This document shows positions 26,146-35,671 of a stretch of 64,000 nt of DNA, in pieces; positions within the stretch are counted from its first letter, which is position 1, and every line of letters starts with the position of its first letter. The DNA is taken from contig JAFGFW010000014.1 of NCBI GenBank assembly GCA_016930875.1, positions 15,338 through 79,337 of the forward strand. Direction: 5' to 3'. The translations under genes were made by a program, and so were the position numbers. The notes under the pieces were generated by a model, which searched no databases, was not told where the DNA came from, and saw nothing but the letters and a program-made list of their open reading frames with translations. This DNA comes from Deltaproteobacteria bacterium (lineage in GTDB: Bacteria > Desulfobacterota > Desulfobacteria > Desulfobacterales > C00003060).

Positions 26146-26985
26146 CTAGTGCCCCAACCTCCGGATACGTTCTTCAACTGGCGGGTGGGTGCTGAAAAGG
26201 TTCATGAGGCTCTTTCCCGACAAGGGATTTATTATAAACATGTGGGCTGTTGCAGGCTCTGCCTTCATGGGCATGTGCCGGGAAGCCGAAGATATCTTTT
26301 GAAGGGCGCTGGTAAGCCCCCGTGGGCTTCCGGCATAAGAGGCTCCGGCCGCATCGGCCGCATACTCCCTGGACCGGGATATGGCCATCTGGATCAACAT
26401 AGCCGCAATAGGAGCAAGGATAGACATGGCAATAAGGCCGATCATGCCGCCACCTTCATCATCATCCCTGCCGCAAAAGCCGCCAAACAAGGCAGCCCAC
26501 CGGGCCATGCTTGCCACTATCATGATCGCGCCGGCAATCGTAGCGGCAATAGATCCGATAAGGATATCCCGATGTTTTACGTGGGCCAACTCGTGAGCCA
26601 GCACGCCCTTAAGCTCGTTTTCGTCCAGGAGCCTTAAGATCCCCTGGGTGACTGCCACCACCGCATGTTGCGGATTGCGGCCCGTGGCAAAGGCGTTGGG
26701 GGATTCAGAAGGCATGATACACATTTTGGGCATGGGAAGGCCTGCCTGCTGCGCCAGTTGCCTTACTATCCGGTGCAACCCAGGGGCCTCGGATTCGGAA
26801 ACCGGCCTGGCCCGGTACATGCGCAAGACGATTTTGTCTGAAAACCAGTAACTGCCAAAATTCATGATCACTGCAAAGAAAAATGCGATGACCATACCCT
26901 GGTGTCCACCCAGATATCGCCCAATGATCATGATCAAGGCGGTCAACGCCCCCAAAAGAAGACCGGTCTTTATTGAATTACCCAT
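26146..26985 (-). CDS. htpX: Zinc metalloprotease HtpX (M48)
   Basis: [10 protein letters not shown] zinc motif and four TM segments. The start is at ATG 26985, preceded by AGGAGG. Confidence 0.9.
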   Translation of the reverse strand: MGNSIKTGLLLGALTALIMIIGRYLGGHQGMVIAFFFAVIMNFGSYWFSDKIVLRMYRARPVSESEAPGLHRIVRQLAQQAGLPMPKMCIMPSESPNAFATGRNPQHAVVAVTQGILRLLDENELKGVLAHELAHVKHRDILIGSIAATIAGAIMIVASMARWAALFGGFCGRDDDEGGGMIGLIAMSILAPIAAMLIQMAISRSREYAADAAGASYAGSPRGLTSALQKISSASRHMPMKAEPATAHMFIINPLSGKSLMNLFSTHPPVEERIRRLGH

Positions 26986-27017
26986 GATTCCTCCTATAAA
27001 ATCGTGAAGCGATTTTA

Positions 27018-29600
27018 TCACTTGAAAACGACTCTGCCGTCTTCCTCGACTGCCAGGACCCGAGACCCTTCACCAAAGCTTCCCCGCAGTATCTCCATGG
27101 CCAGTGGATTTTCGACGTGTTTTTGTATGGCACGCTTCAAGGGGCGGGCCCCGTACGTTGGATCAAAGCCCTCCCGGGCCAAAAGATTTCTGGCCGCATC
27201 TGAAAGTTCGAGCGTGATGTGTTGTTCTTCAAGCCGCCTCCGCACCCGCTCCAGTTGAATATCCACAATGGCGGTAAGCTGCTCGGATGTCAAGCTGTGG
27301 AAGATAATGATATCATCTATCCGGTTTAGAAACTCCGGCTTGAAACTGGCCCGCAAAGCCTCCACAATGCGCTTTTCCATCTCGTCGCGATCATTTGCGC
27401 CGAGATCCTGGATCCAATGACTTCCCACATTGGAGGTCATGATGATAATGGTGTTCTTAAAATCAACGGTTCGACCATGACCGTCAGTCATGCGGCCATC
27501 ATCAAGGATCTGCAAAAGCACATTAAAGACCTCGGGATGGGCCTTTTCGATCTCGTCAAAGAGTACGACGGAATATGGCCTGCGCCTCACCGACTCGGTC
27601 AGATATCCCCCCTCCTCGTAGCCCACATACCCGGGAGGAGCGCCAATGAGTCTTGAGACGGAGTGTCTTTCCATATACTCAGACATGTCAACGCGGATCA
27701 TGGCCTGCTCGTCGTCAAAGATGAACTCTGCAAGGGCCTTGGCAAGTTCGGTCTTGCCCACGCCAGTAGGTCCCATGAAGATAAAGGAACCGATAGGCCG
27801 ATTGTGATCCTGCAAACCGGACCGTGCCCGTCGCACTGCATTGGACACAGCCACGATCGGCTCATTCTGGCCCACCACTCGCTTTGAAAGCCGCTCTTCC
27901 ATGTGGATGAGCTTTTCCCGCTCACCTTCCATCATCCTGGAAACCGGTATTCCCGTCCATCTTGAGACCACTTCAGCCACATCCTCTGCATCGACCTCCT
28001 CCTTGAGCATCTTGCGCCCTGCCTGAAGTTCGGAAAGCCTTTTCTTGGCCTCCTCCAGCCGTTTCTCCAGTTCGGTGGCCACACCGTATCTGAGTTCCGC
28101 TGCCCGGGCGAGATTGCCGTCGCGTTCGGCCTGCTGCCCCTCAATGCCCGTGCGCTCAAGCTCCTCCTTGACCTTTCGAATGGTCTGGATGGCGTCTTTT
28201 TCATTTTGCCAGTGGGCCTTCATCTCGCCGATCTTTTCTTTCATGACCGAAATATCTGTCTCAAGCTTGGCCAGTCGCTCTTTTGAGGCGTCATCGGTCT
28301 CTTTCCTCAGGGCCTCTCGTTCGATTTCAGACTGAATGATCTTGCGCCCCACCTCGTCGATCTCGGCAGGCATGCTGTCGATCTCAATACGAAGCCCGGA
28401 GGCGGACTCATCAATCAAGTCGATGGCCTTGTCCGGCAGGAATCGATCCGATATGTAACGATGAGAGAGGGTCGCTGCCGCCACGATGGCAGAATCCTTG
28501 ATCCGCACGCCGTGATGGACCTCATATTTTTCTTTCAAACCCCGCAAGATGGAGATGGTGTCTTCCACAGTAGGTTCCTGAACAAGCACGGGCTGGAAAC
28601 GACGCTCAAGGGCCGCATCCTTTTCCACATATTTTCGGTATTCGTTTATCGTCGTGGCCCCTACGCACCGAAGGGTGCCGCGGGCCAGGGCAGGTTTCAG
28701 CATATTCGACGCATCCACCGAACCCTCAGCCGCCCCTGCCCCTACCATGGTGTGGAGCTCGTCAATGAACACGATGACTTCGCCTTCGGCCGCCTCCACC
28801 TCCTTTAAGACCGCTTTCAACCTGTCTTCGAATTCGCCACGGTATTTCGCCCCTGCCACCAGCGTACCCATGTCAAGGGCAACCAATCGCCGGTTCTTAA
28901 GGGTTTCAGGCACATCCCCGTTGACAATACGCTGGCCCATTCCCTCCACAATAGCCGTCTTGCCAACCCCAGGCTCCCCGATAAGGACCGGGTTGTTTTT
29001 AGTACGCCGGGAAAGAACCTGAATCACACGACGTATCTCTTCATCTCGGCCAATGACCGGGTCGATCTTGCCAAGCCGCGCGAGATCGGTCAGATCCCTG
29101 CCAAATCTTTGCAGGGCTTGATATTTTTCCTCCGGATTAGGATCAGTGATTCGCTGAGTGCCCCGAATATCCACGAGAACCTTTAGGATCGTCTCGCGAA
29201 CCACGCCTGCATGTGCCAGGATACGGCCTGCGTCTGTTTGTTTCTGGTCGGTTATGGCAACAAGGATGTGTTCTATGCTCACATACTGGTCCTTCAGCTT
29301 GGCTGCTTCGGCAAATGCAGCATCAAGGACTTTCTTTGTCGCCGGAGAGATATGGACCTCTCCCGTGCCGGCCCCACTCACCTTGGGCCTTTTCTCCAGG
29401 ACCTGAGAAACCTCCTGTAAAACTGCTTCAGGGGATGCACCCAGTTTCTGGAGAATGGCGCGGCTAATCCCCTCGGGTTGCTCCAGCATGACCTTCAACA
29501 GGTGCTCTGGCTCTATATACTGATGCCCAAGCTGACCGGCCAGGGACTGGGCGCCTTGAATGAGTTCCTGAGATTTTATGGTAAATTTATCAAAACGCAT
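27018..29600 (-). CDS. clpB: Protein disaggregase ClpB
   Basis: Two AAA+ modules (GEPGVGKTA and GPTGVGKTE) with a coiled-coil middle domain. The start is at MRFDKFT (29600) with an AAGGAGA SD motif. Confidence 0.95.
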   Translation of the reverse strand: MRFDKFTIKSQELIQGAQSLAGQLGHQYIEPEHLLKVMLEQPEGISRAILQKLGASPEAVLQEVSQVLEKRPKVSGAGTGEVHISPATKKVLDAAFAEAAKLKDQYVSIEHILVAITDQKQTDAGRILAHAGVVRETILKVLVDIRGTQRITDPNPEEKYQALQRFGRDLTDLARLGKIDPVIGRDEEIRRVIQVLSRRTKNNPVLIGEPGVGKTAIVEGMGQRIVNGDVPETLKNRRLVALDMGTLVAGAKYRGEFEDRLKAVLKEVEAAEGEVIVFIDELHTMVGAGAAEGSVDASNMLKPALARGTLRCVGATTINEYRKYVEKDAALERRFQPVLVQEPTVEDTISILRGLKEKYEVHHGVRIKDSAIVAAATLSHRYISDRFLPDKAIDLIDESASGLRIEIDSMPAEIDEVGRKIIQSEIEREALRKETDDASKERLAKLETDISVMKEKIGEMKAHWQNEKDAIQTIRKVKEELERTGIEGQQAERDGNLARAAELRYGVATELEKRLEEAKKRLSELQAGRKMLKEEVDAEDVAEVVSRWTGIPVSRMMEGEREKLIHMEERLSKRVVGQNEPIVAVSNAVRRARSGLQDHNRPIGSFIFMGPTGVGKTELAKALAEFIFDDEQAMIRVDMSEYMERHSVSRLIGAPPGYVGYEEGGYLTESVRRRPYSVVLFDEIEKAHPEVFNVLLQILDDGRMTDGHGRTVDFKNTIIIMTSNVGSHWIQDLGANDRDEMEKRIVEALRASFKPEFLNRIDDIIIFHSLTSEQLTAIVDIQLERVRRRLEEQHITLELSDAARNLLAREGFDPTYGARPLKRAIQKHVENPLAMEILRGSFGEGSRVLAVEEDGRVVFK

Positions 29601-29870
29601 TTGCGTCTCCTTTGTGTGTTCCAACTAATCGGAGCAAAAGCAACCGGTTCTTAAGGCTTTTTCAAAAAATAAGCATTGGGGATGTATTGTCAAACGCCAC
29701 TTCCCGCTTTGGCGCACTGCATTTCTATATAGAATCTTTGTGTTCGTCTGCGTGGGGCCTCGGTTAATTCATAACAGTTTCAAACAGAATCCGTTTTTTT
29801 CTGGACATCAGGGTAAAATTTGATATTAAATTAAAATTGTTGTTAAGGAATTCACTAAGGAGGAAAGAAT

Positions 29871-30377
29871 ATGAGAAAACTGTCCGTTCTTGTTACGCTG
29901 TGTTTGTTCCTGTTACCTGCAATAGCCGGAGCAGCAGACTACAGAGCCTGGCTCCCTCTGCTTCCCCGAACCTTTGGCGGTATGGCTCCATCAGGAGACC
30001 CTGACGGCATGAACATGGACATGGGCGGTCAGAAGTGGTCGTCTCTCAACCAGGAATACACATCACGTGATGGAAAAAAGACTGCTCAGTTGTCTATAGT
30101 GGCTGGCGCCATGGCCCCGCAAGTGCAAGGCTTCCAGGGCATGGCCGCAATGAACATGAACATGGAAACGGGTGACCAGCTTATCAAAACCGTGAACGTA
30201 TCCGGGCACAAGAGCATGTTGTCTCTGGACAAAAAGGACAAAACAGGGACTCTTATGATCCCTGTGAAAAAAGACATGGTCGTTGTGTTAACGGTTGATC
30301 CTGCCACAAAGGCGTCAGATCTCACGGGGCTTGCCCAACAACTCCCGCTATCCCGATTCGCTAACAGTGGTAGGTAA
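29871..30377 (+). CDS. Secreted Met-rich hypothetical protein
   Basis: Signal peptide MRKLSVLVTLCLFLLPAIAGA|AD with an AAGGAGG SD motif. Met clusters are GMNMDMGG and GMAAMNMNME. Confidence 0.6.
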   Translation: MRKLSVLVTLCLFLLPAIAGAADYRAWLPLLPRTFGGMAPSGDPDGMNMDMGGQKWSSLNQEYTSRDGKKTAQLSIVAGAMAPQVQGFQGMAAMNMNMETGDQLIKTVNVSGHKSMLSLDKKDKTGTLMIPVKKDMVVVLTVDPATKASDLTGLAQQLPLSRFANSGR

Positions 30378-30507
30378 GTCATAAAATCGCTTTGTGATTT
30401 TGTGCGACGCGATTACAAAAAAACGTTCCTCGCTTTAACCTTGATGCTGTCGAGTAACTTGTGTTCTAACAATGCCACAATATGAACGCTTGTGCGTACG
30501 CTGTTGA

Positions 30508-30819
30508 TTAAAATGTCAAGACCTTGTTGGCATCCATAGCCAACTCGTACAGATCATCCATCCAGCCAATGGGACAGGTGCTTGATCCCTCCAGACCGTG
30601 GGATTTCATGCAAACCCCTCAGACGTAGAAATCTCCCTCAAACTGGTTGACTTGCTCCATAACATTGAATTCTTCGGTTCCGCACTTTTCAAAAAGGACA
30701 CCTTTGCCCAGCATAAATACGCTGACTTCATCACCCTTTTTCACCCCCACGTTGGCTAACCTCATGGCATTGTACATGGTTTCGCCATCATCCGTGCTAA
30801 TGATTAACAGGATTTTCAT
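30508..30819 (-). CDS. DsrE/DsrF-like family protein, predicted selenoprotein (UGA at 30619-30621 read as Sec)
   Basis: The track ORF (66 aa) stops at TGA, but the same frame continues for 36 codons: ...GDFYV-U-GVCMKSHGLEGSSTCPIGWMDDLYELAMDANKVLTF*. In this small DsrE-like subfamily a CGxC motif sits here, so U replaces the first Cys. A hairpin AUCCC-ACGGUCUGGA-GGGAU lies 14 nt after the UGA. A GGAGG SD motif lies upstream of the ATG. Confidence 0.7.
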
Positions 30820-30884
30820 GCCATAACCTCCAATTCCGGCCTCCTGTGGACCAATCGTTTTTCATTCCCACGCAGGACAATGCA

Positions 30885-31892
30885 TCAAACGCCATCCTTT
30901 AACCCCAGAAACTCCTTTGGGTTATCTTCGGTCAGCCTTTTTATCTCTTGCTCTGTGAATTCCACCCTGCACCAGGGAATCTTTTTCGAGTACTCCAAAA
31001 ACCACTTCAAGTAAGACGTTTCAGTCCAAAAACACCGGCCCATGTACCAATCAGAGCCGTAAAGGACCCTGTCCTGGATTCCTTGGGTTCCGAGCATGTG
31101 CTTTATGTCCCTGAAATACCTCCTGGGCATAAACCACATCTCGGTATCAAATGAGATGTCGGTATATACGTTGGGAAAAGCTTTGATCAAATCTGCGATC
31201 TTTGGCTGCCATGCTGACCCTGTTCGATCATTGTGGGCTAAATTCAACGTGAGCGAGGGGAAGTCCGTCAGCACGTTCCCCCAGTATTTCGGGTCTGCCA
31301 AATGATAGTATTCTTTCAGGCCGGGGATACCCCCGTTTTCACAATGGGCCGTAATCGGAATGCTGTTCTCCGTACAATATTCGTATATGGGATAAAGCCT
31401 TTTGTCATCCGGGGTAAATCCCATGACCGGATAGATCTTAACCCCCCTGAACTGCCCGCCGTCTAAGGCATCTCTTACGAGGTCCACGACTCCTTCCCTG
31501 TTAGGATCAGCCGCAATAAATGGAAACATCCGAAGGCGATTGTATTTCTTGTTTATGGCTTCAACTGCTGCCACAGTCTCCCTTATCTGATCCTCGAATC
31601 TCTTTGTACCACCTCCGAACTTCTTGCAGTACTCCATATCCATCATCATGGGCGTGCAGATATCTATGCCCGCCTCATCCATTTCACACACCAACTTCTG
31701 CGCAATTTCGGAAATCGACATATCAACAAACTCCAACCAGTCTTCAAACGCTGAGTCTTCCGGCAGGATTCTTCTCAGCACCTTGTGGACAAACCTGTGC
31801 ATTGGATTTCTCACGTTCAGAAAAAAACGCTTGCGGAATTCCAAAGGGACACAATCCAAGCTGAAGATATGGCAATGACAGTTAATCTTCAT
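30885..31892 (-). CDS. Amidohydrolase-family (TIM-barrel metal-dependent hydrolase) protein
   Basis: 335 aa beginning MKINCHCHIFS (HxH metal motif), with later His/Asp residues (AHCENG, LAHND, GSDW). Confidence 0.6.
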   Translation of the reverse strand: MKINCHCHIFSLDCVPLEFRKRFFLNVRNPMHRFVHKVLRRILPEDSAFEDWLEFVDMSISEIAQKLVCEMDEAGIDICTPMMMDMEYCKKFGGGTKRFEDQIRETVAAVEAINKKYNRLRMFPFIAADPNREGVVDLVRDALDGGQFRGVKIYPVMGFTPDDKRLYPIYEYCTENSIPITAHCENGGIPGLKEYYHLADPKYWGNVLTDFPSLTLNLAHNDRTGSAWQPKIADLIKAFPNVYTDISFDTEMWFMPRRYFRDIKHMLGTQGIQDRVLYGSDWYMGRCFWTETSYLKWFLEYSKKIPWCRVEFTEQEIKRLTEDNPKEFLGLKDGV

Positions 31893-32175
31893 CGCAATTT
31901 CTCATTTGGCATTCCCTTTCTATCTTCATAACCGATTCACATGGCATTTTTTTGCTGGCCTAACGCTCACATTCAAAGATAAGCGGCACGATGCAACAAA
32001 GCACACGGCTTTGCCCGGTCAGTCCTCATGCCATTGTTTGACGCAATGGCCTCCTGCCATAGTCTGATGCGTCCGTCCAAGGGGGCTTCTTGTTTTGAGA
32101 TCTTTTTTGCCTTATTTCCGGGCAAGAAGTGAAATGAATTTCAAAAAGGAGTGGCCCAAACCTGGCAGCCCAAAA

Positions 32176-32811
32176 TCAAAGGAGGGACAGGGCGTTTTCT
32201 TGCATCCGTTCAAAATCCTTGTCGGTCAGCCCTGCGCCAAGGGCAACCAGTCTTGCCTGTTGCTCATTTAGAAGGTCTCCAGGTTCGTGGGCATCGCTGT
32301 TTAGAACCAATTCTGCGCCGTGTGTCCTTGAGAGTTTTGCCACGTGACCGTTTGTTATGCTGTGTCCCTTTCGAGCTGTAATTTCCAGAAAAATCCCTCT
32401 CTCTGCTGCCATCAATACTTCTTCCTCGCATATAAGGCCGGGGTGAGCCAGAATGTCAATGTCGGCATCCAAAGCTGCGCGGTTTGTACCGGGAATCACC
32501 GGTTCTGCGACGGTTTCCCCATGTACAACTATGATTTTGGCTCCAAGGGAACGGGCCTCCTTGGCCAGAGAGCCAATCTGAGCAGGTGGGATGTGAGTTA
32601 ACTCGATGCCAGGTATGGTCTTGATCTCATTCACACGATTCAGTTGTTCGGAGACAGCCACAAGCCGCGGAATAATAAAATCAAGGTTGGAAGCGTCACC
32701 ATGATCCGTGATCCCAATGACCTTGACGCCGAGCACATGGGCTCTGCGCACCAATTCTGATGGAACCAAAACACCGTCGCTAAAAATGGAGTGAGTATGA
32801 AGGTCGATCAC
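32176..32811 (-). CDS. PHP-domain phosphoesterase (histidinol-phosphatase-like)
   Basis: MIDLHTHSIFSDG N-terminus, with ITDHGD, VHGE and SDAH motifs. Confidence 0.75.
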   Translation of the reverse strand: MIDLHTHSIFSDGVLVPSELVRRAHVLGVKVIGITDHGDASNLDFIIPRLVAVSEQLNRVNEIKTIPGIELTHIPPAQIGSLAKEARSLGAKIIVVHGETVAEPVIPGTNRAALDADIDILAHPGLICEEEVLMAAERGIFLEITARKGHSITNGHVAKLSRTHGAELVLNSDAHEPGDLLNEQQARLVALGAGLTDKDFERMQENALSLL

Positions 32812-32817
32812 GAGATC

Positions 32818-33315
32818 CTACATCTTATATTTGCCAAATTGGTCAGGGGATAGCTTTTCCAGGTATTCCTTCCATTTCTTGCCCTCTTCGCTTTTGTCAA
32901 ATGCCTCTGGCTCTTGATCTAAGTGTGCGGACTTTTCCAGAACCTTGTCGTCCACAAATATGGGACAATTGGCCCTGAGCGCTAAAGCAATTGCGTCGCT
33001 GGGACGAGCATCAATATTGTATGACTGGCTGTTGGATGAAAAGTGGATTCTCGCATAGAATGTGTTGTCCCTCAGGTCGCACACCTCCACCTTGGAGATT
33101 GTTATCTTTAAGACATCCATGAAGTTAACAAATAGATCGTGGGTCATGGGACGAGCCAAGCGAACATTTTCGAGCTCCGTGGCAATGGCAGTCGCCTCCA
33201 GAATGCCAATCCATATGGGAAGCGCCTGATCCACATGGATCGCCTTAAGGATGACTATGGGGGAATTTGATGTGGGATCAATCGTTATGCCCGAGACTTT
33301 CATTTCATGCAGCAT
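32818..33315 (-). CDS. Bifunctional nuclease (BFN/DUF151) family protein
   Basis: 165 aa with the pattern LPIWIG..EA..I...........RPMTHDL. Confidence 0.6.
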   Translation of the reverse strand: MLHEMKVSGITIDPTSNSPIVILKAIHVDQALPIWIGILEATAIATELENVRLARPMTHDLFVNFMDVLKITISKVEVCDLRDNTFYARIHFSSNSQSYNIDARPSDAIALALRANCPIFVDDKVLEKSAHLDQEPEAFDKSEEGKKWKEYLEKLSPDQFGKYKM

Positions 33316-34678
33316 GTAGTATTCCTCCTTTTTCGCCAGGCCATTTTCTGCAACACTCAGATGGAGCGCCTAACAATGAATGCGAAAAGGCATCCGCAAT
33401 ATTGACATGCACTAACTGCCCGACACGAAGCTTCTCATCTGAAAAATTCACTGTTTTATTGCAAGGCGTGTGCCCAGTAACTTGATCATAGCCTTTTTTG
33501 CTGAGACCTTCTATCAACACTTCCTGGACTGTACCCACCAGCGCCCGATTCTTGTCCAACGTGATCTTTGACTGAAGCTCCAAGAGCCTGGCAAACCGTT
33601 CACCCTTTACGGCCTCTTGGACTTTATCGGAAAATCTAAAGGCCGGGGTATTTTTACGATTAGAATACTTGAATATGTAAAGATTGTCAAACCCGACCGA
33701 TTCGACCAGATTCAGGGTCTCTTCGAAGTCTGTCTCGCCCTCACCAGGAAAACCCACGATAATGTCAGAGGTAATCGCTATGTTTGGCTGGGCTTTCCGT
33801 AATTTTTCTATCCTGGCCAGATAGTTGCCTCTTGTGTAGCCCCTGTTCATACGTTTTAGTATTCGGTCGGACCCGGATTGAACAGGCAGATGTATGTGAG
33901 GCGCCAATTTATCCAATCTTCCAAAAGCACGAATCAGCTTATCAGAAAGGTCTTTGGGGTGAGACGTCGTAAAGCGAAGGCGCCTCAAGCCCTCAACATC
34001 ATTCACTGCTTCAAGAAGCGCCGGGAAATCAAGACTATGGCCGTTTTTCAAGCCATAAGAATTCACATTCTGTCCCAGGAGCGTGACTTCCCGAACACCC
34101 CTTGCTACCAGATGCCGGATTTCCTCTAAAATCCTCTGGGGTCTGCGACTCAACTCCCGCCCTCTCAAATATGGGACAACGCAGTACGTACAGAAATTGT
34201 CACATCCCCTTATGATGGTCACAAAGGCTTTCGCGCGAGCTTCTTGGAAATTCGTTGGCTTTATGTGTGAGGGTTCCACTGTCCCGGTGGGCTCTACGTC
34301 AACGGCTTGCTTTTTTTCGTGAGTGACTCGCCGAATTAGTGAGGGAAGCCTGCTGATAGAAAAAGTGCCAAAGACGATGTCTACATGGGGCGCCCGTTTG
34401 AGAAGGCGATCTCCCTCCTGCTGAGCCACACATCCACCCACACCAATGACCAAATTCGGTCTTTTGAGCTTCAGCCTGGCAAGTCGCCCCAGATGACTGT
34501 AGACCTTGTGTTCGGCCTTGTCACGGATGGAACAAGTGTTTAAAATAATAAGGTCAGCTTTTTCCTGGTGTGAAGTAGGCCTGTAATTCATGGTCGCCAG
34601 CAGTCTCTCCATTTGCTCCGAATCGTAGACGTTCATCTGGCATCCCATTGTGATTATGTGAACGCGTTTTGTCTTCAT
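33305..34678 (-). CDS. miaB: tRNA-i6A37 methylthiotransferase MiaB
   Basis: It has the UPF0004 N-domain (ITMGCQMN), a radical-SAM CDNFCTYCVVP motif and a TRAM C-domain. Confidence 0.9.
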   Translation of the reverse strand: MKTKRVHIITMGCQMNVYDSEQMERLLATMNYRPTSHQEKADLIILNTCSIRDKAEHKVYSHLGRLARLKLKRPNLVIGVGGCVAQQEGDRLLKRAPHVDIVFGTFSISRLPSLIRRVTHEKKQAVDVEPTGTVEPSHIKPTNFQEARAKAFVTIIRGCDNFCTYCVVPYLRGRELSRRPQRILEEIRHLVARGVREVTLLGQNVNSYGLKNGHSLDFPALLEAVNDVEGLRRLRFTTSHPKDLSDKLIRAFGRLDKLAPHIHLPVQSGSDRILKRMNRGYTRGNYLARIEKLRKAQPNIAITSDIIVGFPGEGETDFEETLNLVESVGFDNLYIFKYSNRKNTPAFRFSDKVQEAVKGERFARLLELQSKITLDKNRALVGTVQEVLIEGLSKKGYDQVTGHTPCNKTVNFSDEKLRVGQLVHVNIADAFSHSLLGAPSECCRKWPGEKGGILHAA

Positions 34679-34703
34679 ACAGCATCAAACCACTGACCAA
34701 TGA

Positions 34704-35129
34704 CTATTGACTATTAACCAACCCGTGTATGGAGATTGACCTGATATCTCCCACCGCAATCTTAAACCCACCACAAGGCAAATTGCCGTAACAAACCATC
34801 TCTTTGTCCACAACAACAGAGATCGTCTTATCGTCCTTTAATAATACGTCAGCCCTTAACGTATTGTCCTGAAGAATAAAGCTCATTGACACAATCTTAT
34901 CAAAATCTATGCTGACATGGCCACTCCCGAGCTTTCCGGAAATTGCTGTCTGCCCCTCGAAACTAAGCTTTTCAACACGGGTAGAAGTATCGGACTGATC
35001 CATGATAGAGGCAGAATAGTTTCTTGCAGGCTCAGGAACCCTGATCCGCGAAGCCCCTCCAAGACCGCCCATCCCAACCAAAAATACAGAAAACAGAAAC
35101 AACAGTCCGACAAGCAATATCCTTTTCAT
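34704..35129 (-). CDS. Secreted hypothetical protein
   Basis: 141 aa with signal-like MKRILLVGLLFLFSVFLVGMGGLGGA. Its start overlaps the upstream gene's stop. Confidence 0.5.
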   Translation of the reverse strand: MKRILLVGLLFLFSVFLVGMGGLGGASRIRVPEPARNYSASIMDQSDTSTRVEKLSFEGQTAISGKLGSGHVSIDFDKIVSMSFILQDNTLRADVLLKDDKTISVVVDKEMVCYGNLPCGGFKIAVGDIRSISIHGLVNSQ

Positions 35130-35404
35130 TGGGTTCCCTCTCCTTCAATGTCCGCCACCTCGATACGCATGTTTTTCTTAAGATCATCGATGATAATATC
35201 CACTTCCCTTTCACATCCAGGGCTAATGTGAAGAACTACCAGACCTCTCCGTGAATCCAGGGTCCTCATGACAGCCACACCGGCATACCCCTCAAGGATG
35301 AATTTCAGATAGTGGACCTCTCGTCGGTCTATCCGGTAATATCTCTTTGTACAGGCTGTAGGCATCAACCCACAGTCTCTAAGAAAAAGATCTTGGGGTT
35401 TCAC
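35126..35404 (-). CDS. DUF4911-like small protein
   Basis: 92 aa. The YYRIDRREVHYLKFILEGYAGVAVMRTLD pattern is recalled from DUF4911, so the assignment is tentative. Confidence 0.45.
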   Translation of the reverse strand: MKPQDLFLRDCGLMPTACTKRYYRIDRREVHYLKFILEGYAGVAVMRTLDSRRGLVVLHISPGCEREVDIIIDDLKKNMRIEVADIEGEGTQ

Positions 35405-35671
35405 GGTTTTCTATTTGATGAATACGTCAGCACGCCTGTGATGCCTGATGCCTGATTATGATCCGGGTTTGTACATTCTACCCAGAATCCAGGAACTAGG
35501 ATCTAGTATCAATAAATCGACGACAAAAGGATTTATCAGAATTGACGGCATGTTTCAGAAACATCGATCACCAATTTCGGCACGTATGCTAACACCATTC
35601 TCTCTTTGTTTTCAACGAAAAAATCGGTTCGGTATTGTGCAAAGCGTCTCCATAAGCTATACGACAGTCAC

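Noticed and set aside
29640-29700. Heat-shock (sigma-32) promoter upstream of clpB (CCCCAAT -10-like element preceded by TTGACA/GGAAGT)
   Set aside because: The spacing to any -35-like element is wrong (6 or 17 nt). This is too weak to call without a PWM or 5'-end data.
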